Made by a program: the position numbers and the translations under genes. This document shows positions 55,282 to 64,000 of a DNA stretch of 64,000 nucleotides, one piece after another (the first letter of the stretch is position 1; every line of letters starts with the position of its first letter). This DNA comes from Defluviitaleaceae bacterium (lineage in GTDB: Bacteria; Bacillota; Clostridia; Lachnospirales; WQUN01). The DNA is taken from contig WQVY01000004.1 in the NCBI GenBank assembly GCA_009785605.1, positions 977 to 64,976 on the forward strand, given 5' to 3'. Below the pieces are notes generated by a model. It saw only the letters and a list, made by a program, of their open reading frames with translations, did not search any database and was not told the origin of the DNA.

Positions 55282-57093
55282 ATGAACCCAACAAGACTGC
55301 AAGTTCTTATATGCGGCGGTACAGGCTGTATCTCGTCCGGTTGTTTGGATGTCGAAACCGCTTTTATGGAAAGCCTTGAAAAACACGGCCTTACAGACGA
55401 AGTTTTTGTACTAAAAGTAGGGTGCTTAGGCTTTTGCGAACAAGGCCCTATAGTAAAAGTTTACCCAGACAATACTTTCTATGTCCGTGTAGAAGGTAAA
55501 GATGTTGAAGAAATAGTAGTAGAGCACCTACTAAAAGGGAAAACAGTAGAGCGCTTGCTATTCAAAGACCCAGAAACAGGTGAAAGATATTTCTATTACA
55601 AGGACATGCCTTTCTACAAAAGCCAACACAGGGTAGCACTAAAGCTATGCGGCATTGTAGACCCAGAGCAAATTAGCGACTATATCGGCGTGGACGGCTA
55701 CCAAGCTCTAGCTCAGTCACTTTTTGATATGACACCAAAAGAAGTCATTGACCTGATAAAAGCTTCTGGCCTACGTGGGCGCGGTGGTGCCGGCTTCTCT
55801 ACCGGCAGCAAATGGGAGTTTGCGTACAATGTTAAGGGCGACAAAAAATACGTAGTATGTAACGCCGACGAAGGCGACCCTGGCGCATTTATGGACAGGT
55901 CTATCTTAGAAGGCGACCCTCACTCCGTAATAGAAGCCATGGCCATTTGCGCATATGCTATTGGCGCGGATGAAGGTGTTGTTTATATCCGTGCAGAGTA
56001 TCCACTAGCCGTTAACCGCCTAAGGGTAGCAATAGAGCAAGCCCGTGAATATGGGCTGCTTGGCAAAAACATCTTTGGGACAGACTTTTCTTTTGATATC
56101 CATATGGATTTGGGCGCAGGCGCATTTGTTTGCGGTGAAGAAACAGCTCTTTTAAACTCTGTAGAGGGGTTGAGGGGTGAGCCGCGTATTAAACCGCCTT
56201 TCCCGGCAGTAGTGGGGCTATGGCAAAAACCTACTATCATAAATAACGTAGAGACATTGGCCAATATCCCACAAATCTTATTAAAAGGCGCAGACTGGTT
56301 CCAAAGCATAGGCGCACCAGGCAATTCTGGTACAAAAGTCTTTGCACTAGCAGGTAAGATTAACAACGTAGGCCTGGTAGAGGTGCCAATGGGCATAACT
56401 TTCCACGATATCATATACAAGATAGGCGGCGGTATCCGCGGCGGCAAGAAGTTTAAAGCCGTACAAACAGGCGGCCCTTCAGGCGGCATGATACCCGTAA
56501 AAGACATCAACATCGAAGTCACATTCGAAAACCTGCTAAAAGCGGGCTCGATGATGGGTAGTGGCGGTATGATAGTCATGGACGAAGACGACTGCATGGT
56601 TAATATCGCCAAGTTCTACTTGGATTTTACTGTAGAAGAATCCTGCGGGAAATGTACCCCCTGCCGTATTGGCACGACACGCATGTACGAAATCCTCGAC
56701 AGGATAACCAAAGGGCAAGGGAAAGAAGACGATATCAAAGAGCTAAAATCCCTTGGCGAAACCATCAAAGACACTTCCCTATGCGGCTTGGGCAAATCTG
56801 CCCCCAACCCCATTTTATCGACTATTGACTGGTTCCTGGACGAATATGAGGCCCATATCAAGGACAAAAAATGCCCAGCAGGTGCATGTAAGGACTTAGT
56901 ATCTTACGTGATAGTCCCCGAAAAATGCATAGGTTGTACAATATGTGCCAGGGTATGCCCTGTTAACTGTATCCACACCGTGGACCAAACTGTCGGGAAA
57001 AATAAAAAGCTCCACGTAATAGACCAAGCAGAATGTGTCAAGTGCGGAGCTTGTTTGCCTAAGTGTCCTACTAAGGCAATAATTTTGGAATAG
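55282..57093 (+). CDS. hydB: [FeFe]-hydrogenase NuoF-like NAD(P)H/FMN subunit (HydB)
   Basis: Contains GLRGRGGAGFSTGSKW and a 4Fe-4S motif (ESCGKCTPCR). The C-terminus carries two ferredoxin-type CxxCxxCxxxCP motifs. Confidence 0.9.
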   Translation: MNPTRLQVLICGGTGCISSGCLDVETAFMESLEKHGLTDEVFVLKVGCLGFCEQGPIVKVYPDNTFYVRVEGKDVEEIVVEHLLKGKTVERLLFKDPETGERYFYYKDMPFYKSQHRVALKLCGIVDPEQISDYIGVDGYQALAQSLFDMTPKEVIDLIKASGLRGRGGAGFSTGSKWEFAYNVKGDKKYVVCNADEGDPGAFMDRSILEGDPHSVIEAMAICAYAIGADEGVVYIRAEYPLAVNRLRVAIEQAREYGLLGKNIFGTDFSFDIHMDLGAGAFVCGEETALLNSVEGLRGEPRIKPPFPAVVGLWQKPTIINNVETLANIPQILLKGADWFQSIGAPGNSGTKVFALAGKINNVGLVEVPMGITFHDIIYKIGGGIRGGKKFKAVQTGGPSGGMIPVKDINIEVTFENLLKAGSMMGSGGMIVMDEDDCMVNIAKFYLDFTVEESCGKCTPCRIGTTRMYEILDRITKGQGKEDDIKELKSLGETIKDTSLCGLGKSAPNPILSTIDWFLDEYEAHIKDKKCPAGACKDLVSYVIVPEKCIGCTICARVCPVNCIHTVDQTVGKNKKLHVIDQAECVKCGACLPKCPTKAIILE

Positions 57094-57107
57094 GAGGCCG
57101 TCTAGCG

Positions 57108-58844
57108 ATGATTAATATCAAGTTAAACAATATGGCAATCCAAGTGGAAAAAGGCACGACCATACTGGAGGCGGCTCGTGCCAATGGTGTAAACATCCCA
57201 ACACTTTGCCATTTGGATATGGCCAGCATCAAAATGGTAAATAAAGTAGGTACCTGTCGCGTGTGTATGGTAGAGGTAGAAGGGCGCTTAGACCTTATGC
57301 CCGCCTGTGCAGTAGAAGTTTACGAAGGCATGGTAATCCACACCAATACCACACGTGCAATAAAAGCCCGCCGTACAATGGTAGAGTTGTTTCTAAGCAA
57401 CCATCCCAAAGATTGTCTAGTATGCGAACGCAACAAAAATTGCGAACTTCAAACCCTAGCAGCAGACCTAAATATCCGCGAAAACAGATATGACGGCAAA
57501 ATGATAAACCACCCCAAAGACACATCCAGCCAATCCCTCATACGGGACGCAGAAAAATGTGTACTTTGCCGCCGCTGCGAGACCATGTGCAACCAGGTAC
57601 AATCTGTAGGTGTATATTCTGCCGTGCAGCGCGGCATAAAATCCGTAGTAAGCACAGCCTTCGACAACCCCATGACCGAGACAAGCTGTACCTACTGCGG
57701 GCAGTGTGTATCTGTATGCCCAACCGGCGCACTTACACAAGTCAACCACACCAGCGAAGTATGGGACGCAATAAACGACCCGGACAAAGTTGTAGTTGTA
57801 CAAACAGCCCCAGCCATACGCGTAGCACTTGGCGAAGAGTTCGGTATGCCCATTGGCACAGTTGTAACAGGCAAGATGGTTTCCGGACTTAGGCGTATTG
57901 GCTTTGACCATGTATACGATACCGTTTTTGGCGCCGACCTATGTATTATGGAAGAAGCCACAGAGCTTATAGACCGTATAAAAAACGGCGGTAGGCTACC
58001 CATGCTTACCAGCTGCTGCCCAGCATGGGTCAAGTTTATAGAGCATCAGTTCCCAGAGCTGTTGGATGTACCATCTACGTGTAGGTCACCTCACCAGATG
58101 TTTGGGGTTATTGCCAAGACATACTTGGCAAAAAAACTAGGCGTAGACCCTGCTAAGATGGTAGTAGTAAGTATAATGCCATGCCTAGCAAAGAAATTTG
58201 AAGCCGCCCGTGAGGAACTTTCCCACGACAGCAACCTGGACGTAGACTATGTACTAACCACCAGGGAACTCGCCGCAATGTACCGCGAAGCCGGCATCAA
58301 CTTCACCCAATTACCAGACGAAGATTTCGACAAAGTAATGGGCGAGTCCAGCGGCGCAGGTGTCATTTTTGGCACAACCGGCGGTGTAATAGAGGCTGCC
58401 GTACGCACCGCCGCTTCATGGCTAGGCGGGAAACCCCTAGAAAATGTAGAGTTCCAGCAACTAAGGGGTGTAGAAGGCATACGTGAGGCTACTATTAAAG
58501 TTGGCGATTTAGACCTTAAGATTGGTATCGCAAACGGCCTGGGTAATGCCCGCACACTGTTAGAAAACATCCGCGATGGCAAGTCACAATATCACGCAAT
58601 AGAGATTATGGCCTGCCCAGGTGGGTGTATCTCTGGTGGCGGCCAGCCTTTCTATGGCAACGACCGTGCGGTAATAGCCAAGCGTGCAGAAGGGCTATAT
58701 AGCGTGGATAGAAACAAGAAAGTCCGTGTTTCTCATGAGAATGAGGAAATTAAAGCACTGTATGCGGAGTTCTTGGGTGAGCCTGGCGGTAAGATAGCAC
58801 ATGATTTGTTGCATACTTCTTATACAAAAAGGCCGATTATGTAA
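57108..58844 (+). CDS. hydA: [FeFe]-hydrogenase catalytic subunit (HydA, multi-cluster form as in bifurcating enzymes)
   Basis: Has an N-terminal 2Fe-2S domain and 4Fe-4S domains. The H-cluster motifs are TSCCPAW, MPCLAKKFE and EIMACPGGCISGGGQP. Confidence 0.95.
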   Translation: MINIKLNNMAIQVEKGTTILEAARANGVNIPTLCHLDMASIKMVNKVGTCRVCMVEVEGRLDLMPACAVEVYEGMVIHTNTTRAIKARRTMVELFLSNHPKDCLVCERNKNCELQTLAADLNIRENRYDGKMINHPKDTSSQSLIRDAEKCVLCRRCETMCNQVQSVGVYSAVQRGIKSVVSTAFDNPMTETSCTYCGQCVSVCPTGALTQVNHTSEVWDAINDPDKVVVVQTAPAIRVALGEEFGMPIGTVVTGKMVSGLRRIGFDHVYDTVFGADLCIMEEATELIDRIKNGGRLPMLTSCCPAWVKFIEHQFPELLDVPSTCRSPHQMFGVIAKTYLAKKLGVDPAKMVVVSIMPCLAKKFEAAREELSHDSNLDVDYVLTTRELAAMYREAGINFTQLPDEDFDKVMGESSGAGVIFGTTGGVIEAAVRTAASWLGGKPLENVEFQQLRGVEGIREATIKVGDLDLKIGIANGLGNARTLLENIRDGKSQYHAIEIMACPGGCISGGGQPFYGNDRAVIAKRAEGLYSVDRNKKVRVSHENEEIKALYAEFLGEPGGKIAHDLLHTSYTKRPIM

Positions 58845-58870
58845 GTTGACAATATAAATATTTAAAAAAA

Positions 58871-58903
58871 CTGCGGCCGGTTGAGCAACCAGCCGCAGTT
58901 TTT
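58871..58903 (+). terminator. intrinsic terminator of the hyd operon
   Basis: CTGCGGCCGGTTG / CAACCAGCCGCAG stem with one mismatch, then TTTTT. Confidence 0.75.
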
Positions 58904-58915
58904 CGTGGGGCTTAT

Positions 58916-59410
58916 ATGCTAAACAACAGAGAAAGTATCCTGCAAGAATTGGCAACACTAAATCCGTTGGATGATCGTGCCTTTAGAATTCTGCTAAGTG
59001 ACAACGAACAATTTAAGGTTTTGTCAGAAGCAATCTTAGAGCAGAAACTTGATGAGGATAAAATCATCAGCATAAATGGTGAAATCGTCTTTTCTGTAAA
59101 AGGACGCCTTTTACGTTTCGACGCATTGCACGATACAGACATAGGCTACGTAAATACGGAAGGGCAGATGTATACCGCAGACTTTCCAATAAAAAGACAT
59201 ATTTTTCATGGCGCATTCGTGTATGTCAATGGCATACAAAAAAGCGAATCATGGGATAAACTTAAACCCGCCATCTCAATTGTCATATATAAAGATAAGG
59301 GTAACGATTCCGTTATTGAAACCGCCACCCTTCACGGAAGTTTAATCAAGTCAGATGATATCAAAAACCAGCTGCAACTGATGTCAATACTAGTGCTGTC
59401 GCATTTATGA
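58916..59410 (+). CDS. PD-(D/E)XK nuclease-family transposase-like protein (Rpn/PDDEXK_2-like), N-terminal part
   Basis: The pattern P.DD.AF..LL ... RLLRFDALHDTDIGYVNTEGQ matches the R.D...(x)...n.E.Q nuclease core of this family. The 164-aa ORF is short for the family. Confidence 0.6.
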   Translation: MLNNRESILQELATLNPLDDRAFRILLSDNEQFKVLSEAILEQKLDEDKIISINGEIVFSVKGRLLRFDALHDTDIGYVNTEGQMYTADFPIKRHIFHGAFVYVNGIQKSESWDKLKPAISIVIYKDKGNDSVIETATLHGSLIKSDDIKNQLQLMSILVLSHL

Positions 59411-59676
59411 AATTTCAACGGTCTGTGCGAATAGCCTGCGCCCTAACAAAACAACAAGAGTATAAAGAGAAAGGTGATGATTTCATGGCTATCCAATATG
59501 CAACTTTTCTTTCAGAAGAAGAGCGTGTTGCTGAAAAAGCAAAAGGCATGACAATTGCACGCGAAATATATCGTTTGCTTACGCAGAATGTACCAATCAA
59601 CGAGATCGCAAACATGTATCAACTATCTATTGAAGAAGTAGAGGAGTTTACAGACGACCTCTTACAGCGCGCCTAA
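59407..59676 (+). pseudogene. probable detached C-terminal fragment of the same PD-(D/E)XK transposase-like gene
   Basis: It overlaps the previous ORF by 4 nt in another frame. The stretch EEERVAEKAKGMTIAREIYRLLTQNVPINEIANMYQLSIEEV resembles the C-terminal helix-turn-helix-like tail of Rpn-type proteins. Confidence 0.4.
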
Positions 59677-59718
59677 CGTTCGCAATAACATCATATTCAA
59701 CCTATCAAGCATACGATA

Positions 59719-59748
59719 AACCCCTTGGAATTCAGCCTCCAAGGGGTT
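59719..59748. terminator. bidirectional terminator between convergent genes
   Basis: AACCCCTTGGA / TCCAAGGGGTT stem, flanked by an A-run upstream and a T-run downstream. Confidence 0.6.
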
Positions 59749-59759
59749 ATTTTATTACG

Positions 59760-61211
59760 CTAAGGCATAGCAGGCTGGCCCCCTAGCAAAGCCAGCACAG
59801 CTTCCAAAGCATCTGCATATGTCCATATATCCGGCGCAAACCCTATGCCCTCTACACCCATACCCACAGGGTGCACAACCAAGCCAAGCCCAAAGCTTAC
59901 AGGCAAGCCAGAGTAGGGGAGGTAATAATTCTGCCCTCCGGTTTTTTGTGTTGCACCGGCCGTATTTTGGCCGACTACAAGAGTATTTTCTAAGTTTAAT
60001 GCAAGTTCTACGATTGTCTCACTAGCAGACATTGTATGCCGGTCTACAAGAACAACCAGCAGCATATCATTTGGCACAACCCGGCGCGGGCCATAATGGG
60101 TTATATAGTGGTTGTTTCCAAAGGCCATTGCCGGCCTAAATTTATTAATATCTGATACAGGGAGGTAAAATGGCTCGTATGAAGGCACAAGTGAGTGCAT
60201 AAACATAGAATGATCTATATCACCGATATTTAGAGTCAATGAGCTGGTGGGCACAACCTCACCAGTCAAGTCATACATAAGCTGTGCTACCAACAATGAG
60301 TTGCCGCCGATATTAGAACGGATGTCCAAAATCACCACAGGCTCATCACGTAAACTATAGGCATATGACCGTAGTATTTGTGCACGCGTTTCGTTGGGGT
60401 AAAACCCCATTGCCATGACGCTAAGCACAGGAATGCCCTCTCTCCATTCCAGTGAAGGATAAGCCCGGTGGGGAAGGGGACTTGATATATGCCGCAGCAA
60501 GGGGAAATTAATCATTTCGCCGTCATCTAAGATTATAGGAAGGCCTACTACTACCTCGCTACTGCCTTCCGGTACAACATATACCGGTATGTAACCAATT
60601 TCCCCGGCCTCACTAAGATATAGCATAAATATATCGTTTATGTCGTATCCTTCTACATCTACTATATACATATCAAGCACCTGACAACGGAATCCGCTTA
60701 TTGAAGAAAGCCTATCGTGCAGGGTAGCGGCAAATTGCCCTTCGGGTCTAGAATCCCACACCCCAGCATCAAGGGACTGGAAATATGCAAATATTTCACC
60801 AAAAAGAGGGACAAAAACCGCGTCACCGCCATAGAATATATAAGCACCGTATCGCATCTGCATCAGGTATAAAAGAAACGCAGCATCTGTAACCGCCTGG
60901 TGGGGGGTAATACTATCTACCATGCCGGTAGGGGTAAATATCCTTAGCATCACGTCTAGGTAGTTATCCTGTCCCATCTGCTGGATGAGGCTATTGGATG
61001 CAATAACGAGTTGGTCGTACCCACGTATGTAGGGGTTTAGTGCCGAATGTTGAAGCGATGTTATGCCCTCGCGGCGGGCCTGAGCCACGGCTTGTGCATA
61101 TTCTAGGGTTGGCTCGAATGGTATGCGTGGTGCAGGGTTATTGCTGTTGCCACAAGCTGTAAGTACAAAAATTAAAAGTATGGCTACGGCCAATGCTTTC
61201 AGTTTATTCAT
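59760..61211 (-). CDS. S41-family (tail-specific/C-terminal processing type) peptidase lipoprotein
   Basis: I chose the ATG at 61211 because AAGGAG lies upstream. The signal peptide has the lipobox VLTAC. Contains VVILDIRSNIGGN and TMSASE motifs. Confidence 0.8.
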   Translation of the reverse strand: MNKLKALAVAILLIFVLTACGNSNNPAPRIPFEPTLEYAQAVAQARREGITSLQHSALNPYIRGYDQLVIASNSLIQQMGQDNYLDVMLRIFTPTGMVDSITPHQAVTDAAFLLYLMQMRYGAYIFYGGDAVFVPLFGEIFAYFQSLDAGVWDSRPEGQFAATLHDRLSSISGFRCQVLDMYIVDVEGYDINDIFMLYLSEAGEIGYIPVYVVPEGSSEVVVGLPIILDDGEMINFPLLRHISSPLPHRAYPSLEWREGIPVLSVMAMGFYPNETRAQILRSYAYSLRDEPVVILDIRSNIGGNSLLVAQLMYDLTGEVVPTSSLTLNIGDIDHSMFMHSLVPSYEPFYLPVSDINKFRPAMAFGNNHYITHYGPRRVVPNDMLLVVLVDRHTMSASETIVELALNLENTLVVGQNTAGATQKTGGQNYYLPYSGLPVSFGLGLVVHPVGMGVEGIGFAPDIWTYADALEAVLALLGGQPAMP

Positions 61212-61415
61212 ATATTTATCTCCTTGGACATGGTATAGTTGAGATGATAATGGTTTACGCTTGACACTGTTTACAGGAATCAATGTGTTTATTTTACATT
61301 GCAAAAAGCGACAAGTCCACTAACCAAAGGGCTTTATGCGAATATTGAGTACGTAATTATGATATTTATATGAAAATGTCGAAAAAAATACTTGATAAAA
61401 TTTATCGTCTAACAC

Positions 61416-61444
61416 TTGCTTAATCTTGGAAGTAGGTGTATGAT
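61416..61444 (+). promoter_or_regulatory. candidate sigma-A promoter of the SLH protein gene
   Basis: TTGCTT, a 17-nt spacer, then TATGAT, about 65 nt upstream of the ATG. Confidence 0.4.
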
Positions 61445-61508
61445 GGCTGTGTTTAACGAATAGACCCACACACATTTAGTGAAAACAAGAGGGGGAATAA
61501 TTGTTACC

Positions 61509-64000
61509 ATGAACGAAAATACTACCAGATTAAACAGCAACCGCGCCAAACGCATCTTGGCACTTGTCGTTGCTGTCAGCTTAGTTGTAAGCTCTTTAGC
61601 GGTAATTCTTGAGAGGGGCCGTTTGCCCTTGTATGCCGCCGTGCATCTTGCTGGGGATAGTAATGGCAATGATGCTGTTTTGCCCGATGACTCTTATGGG
61701 GATATTGGGGATGAGTATGTAGAAGATGATGTTGTGGAAGATGAAGTTGATGATGGTGTTGAATATCATGACGATGATGATATTTTAGACGATGTGTTGG
61801 ATGACAATAATGAGGCTGTTGATTTAATAGGTGTTGCAGCATCAGGCTCCTATGTAAATCCTGTCCCCTTTGGAACCCACATATCGCAATATCGTGTCTT
61901 TGTTAGTAGAGCAGAACCCAATGACCACACTGACCCAAATGACTGGATTCTTTATACTCCCCCACAGCCTCCTCTGGAATTATTTCCAGGAATGGGAGTT
62001 GATATTTTCATGATTTATGCTAGACCTATTTTTGGGTATTCCATGCGCGGTTGGCATCCAATGACAAATCAACTTGGTTATAGTACGTCAAATACAAGGC
62101 AGTTATCTAGTGATCTTTTTTACTACTTTGTTCGTGCTTTTCCAACTCCAGATAGTATAGTGGCTATATTTGACAAAATAGAAATAGATGCAACACATGT
62201 TGAAGATCTTGGTGTGAGAATAGTTGGTTATAATAATCCACCCTTAAATTCAGGTGTACTTTCTCACGCTTCTCATGACTTAAACATCGTGATTCCATCT
62301 GTTTACAACAGTCCACCTTTTGGTGCATTTCCAGGACCCGGACCAACACCTGTACCTGGCCCGGACTTCCATGCAATTACACAACGGAATGTAAATGCAC
62401 AATCAGACTGGTTTAATCTTGGAACAGAAGACCTATTTATACGTCCGATTCCAATTACATCTGGCGTTAGCAGCTATCCAGTTGGCCCACTTGACCCTCT
62501 TGACCCTCTGCAGCCACGGTTAAATGTTAGCCCACAACTTGGGTTGCAAGCGGGCACACACGATGATGTAGTTCTTATACGTCATGGTACAGCTGTTGTC
62601 GGCAGTTTCCCTATAACTTTCCGTGTCGAAAGGCCTGTATCACAGGTAGTAATTGATGTGCCTAATCGTGGTGCTGGTGGCCCTAGCTACGATGGCGAAA
62701 TCAATGTTGATATAACCGTTTATCGAGCTGACTCAACAACTCCAACAATGAGGGTTGTTGACCCTATCACACATGCTGATGATATAGGATATAACTATGT
62801 TGGCAGTCCAACTACTAATCTTCAACGCAATGGGGCAGATATTACAATAGAAATTCCACCGCCATGTGACTACACATTCTTTGTTGACATAGCGAATGGT
62901 ATCACCATTGATGATTTTGACATTTTTTATCCAGTTGGCTATGAGTTGCATAGCTATACCGTAAATGGCGCAGGTAATTTGCTTGTTGTATTAAGACCCA
63001 TCCCTACCCTAACAGTAGACATCACAAGGTCTGGAGATATGACAACTGTTACTGTTCCAGTAGCAGAGTATCCTGGTTTTAACCAAGCTACTAATGTACT
63101 AGTTGGCCTCACCAGTCCAACAACAGGGCAAGTACCAATAATAATCAATAATCCTCCAGGAGGATTCCATTTTAACAACAACACAACAGTTAATTTTCCG
63201 CCTGGCTATGTATTAGCCGAAAAAGAAATTGTCGATGCATCAGGAAATTTGCAAGTTACATTACACCCATACCGTGAAGTTCACTTTGATCTTAATGGTG
63301 GCACAGTAGCAAGCGACCCTTGCGCAACTGTACCAAGCAATACAACCGCTACAATTGTCCGTACAAACCGGCTGCAAGGCAACTTAATAGGCCCGTCCGG
63401 GCCCAATGCCCCCATTCCTGTGCCTGTCATCCCTGACCCGTTGCCATCACAGTTTGGAGTTCCCGCTGACCCAACGCGAGCTAATTTTGAATTTGCAGGT
63501 TGGCAGGAATTTAATGCGAGCGGTAATATCGGTCCAGTTTTGTACCCAGCAAATCATGTATGGGATCTTATTGTGACCGGTTCGACGCGTAGTTTTAGAG
63601 CAGTTTGGAGGACCCCAGGCGGCGTAGTTATGGTTACATCTACACCCATACCCACACAACAACCCCAACCAACATCCGAACCTGATGATACGCCTTCTCG
63701 AACAACCACTGCAACGCCAACTCCAACACCAACAATGACGCCAACACCCACACCCAAACCACCCACAACACCCACTCCAGACCACCACGCTTTTATAATT
63801 GGGTTTGATGATGGAACGGTTAGGCCTCATGCTCATGTTACAAGGAGCCAGTTTGCCACGATATTGTTCCGACTAATGTCGGACGAACTACGCATACAAT
63901 ATTGGGAACAAGACAACCCATATAGTGACGTGAGTATTAACATGTGGCACAACAATGCCGTATCAACTACAACCAATATAGGCTTTATAACCGGGATGCC
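61509..64000 (+). CDS. large cell-surface protein with Listeria-Bacteroides repeat(s), a Pro/Thr linker and SLH domains; 3' end runs off the window (absent from the ORF track)
   Basis: I translated it by hand from the ATG at 61509 and found no stop through base 64000 (830 codons). It starts with an N-terminal TM/signal anchor (ILALVVAVSLVVSSLAVIL). An acidic D/E-rich block and a repeat ending ANFEFAGWQEF follow. Next come a PT-rich linker and SLH-like segments (FIIGFDDGTVRPHAHVTRSQFATILFRL; YSDVSINMWHNNAV...GFITG). Confidence 0.8.
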   Translation, partial: MNENTTRLNSNRAKRILALVVAVSLVVSSLAVILERGRLPLYAAVHLAGDSNGNDAVLPDDSYGDIGDEYVEDDVVEDEVDDGVEYHDDDDILDDVLDDNNEAVDLIGVAASGSYVNPVPFGTHISQYRVFVSRAEPNDHTDPNDWILYTPPQPPLELFPGMGVDIFMIYARPIFGYSMRGWHPMTNQLGYSTSNTRQLSSDLFYYFVRAFPTPDSIVAIFDKIEIDATHVEDLGVRIVGYNNPPLNSGVLSHASHDLNIVIPSVYNSPPFGAFPGPGPTPVPGPDFHAITQRNVNAQSDWFNLGTEDLFIRPIPITSGVSSYPVGPLDPLDPLQPRLNVSPQLGLQAGTHDDVVLIRHGTAVVGSFPITFRVERPVSQVVIDVPNRGAGGPSYDGEINVDITVYRADSTTPTMRVVDPITHADDIGYNYVGSPTTNLQRNGADITIEIPPPCDYTFFVDIANGITIDDFDIFYPVGYELHSYTVNGAGNLLVVLRPIPTLTVDITRSGDMTTVTVPVAEYPGFNQATNVLVGLTSPTTGQVPIIINNPPGGFHFNNNTTVNFPPGYVLAEKEIVDASGNLQVTLHPYREVHFDLNGGTVASDPCATVPSNTTATIVRTNRLQGNLIGPSGPNAPIPVPVIPDPLPSQFGVPADPTRANFEFAGWQEFNASGNIGPVLYPANHVWDLIVTGSTRSFRAVWRTPGGVVMVTSTPIPTQQPQPTSEPDDTPSRTTTATPTPTPTMTPTPTPKPPTTPTPDHHAFIIGFDDGTVRPHAHVTRSQFATILFRLMSDELRIQYWEQDNPYSDVSINMWHNNAVSTTTNIGFITGM

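Noticed and set aside
55983-56612. 209-aa minus-strand ORF inside the hydrogenase operon
   Set aside because: It is antisense to the NuoF-like hydB gene. It has no recognisable motifs or RBS and is a shadow ORF.
61409-63836. Minus-strand ORFs (His-rich 61576-61842; Gly/Cys/Trp-rich 63447-63836 and others) listed where the track shows no plus-strand gene
   Set aside because: They are antisense to the acidic block and PT linker of the long plus-strand SLH protein ORF. That ORF is missing from the track only because it has no stop inside the window.

Overview
The window looks like chromosomal DNA from an anaerobic Bacillota (Clostridia-type) organism. Supporting signs are GGAGG/GGGGG ribosome-binding sites, an SLH-domain surface protein, a bifurcating-type [FeFe] hydrogenase and B. 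subtilis-like synteny. All calls come from reading motifs in the supplied translations; no searches were run. About 60 genes are tightly packed. They include a glucuronoxylan/arabinan side-chain module (SASA-type esterase, AraC regulator, GH67 aguA, GH51 abfA, and a Gfo/Idh/MocA plus TIM-barrel pair). There are three conserved housekeeping blocks: phoH-pgpH-ybeY-dgkA-(DUF3048)-era-yqzL-recO, dapA-dapB-(ECF S component, kinase)-dnaG-rpoD-trmK, and cca-nadD::yqeK-rsfS. Also present are rho, the pyrimidine operon pyrC-F-K-D-E, mntP and a four-gene hydC-(2Fe-2S)-hydB-hydA hydrogenase operon. No rRNA, tRNA or CRISPR array was seen. The most unusual content is cell-envelope related. (1) A sortase locus without pilin genes, in which one class C sortase is fused in-frame to a second complete sortase module whose catalytic His and Cys are replaced (Arg537, Tyr599). 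(2) A free-standing 59-aa ORF, absent from the ORF track, that is essentially a bare LPLTG cell-wall sorting signal. (3) A PTS-EIIC-like membrane domain fused to a degenerate EAL domain (DDFG changed to NNFS) and translationally coupled to recU-parA-parB. Other oddities include an Asn/Thr/Arg-rich low-complexity lipoprotein, an orphan 456-aa gene next to an IS3 transposase relic, a nadD-yqeK gene fusion, and a small independent transcription unit upstream of an ABC_ATPase-family gene. A large SLH surface-protein ORF runs off the 3' end and was also missed by the ORF track.
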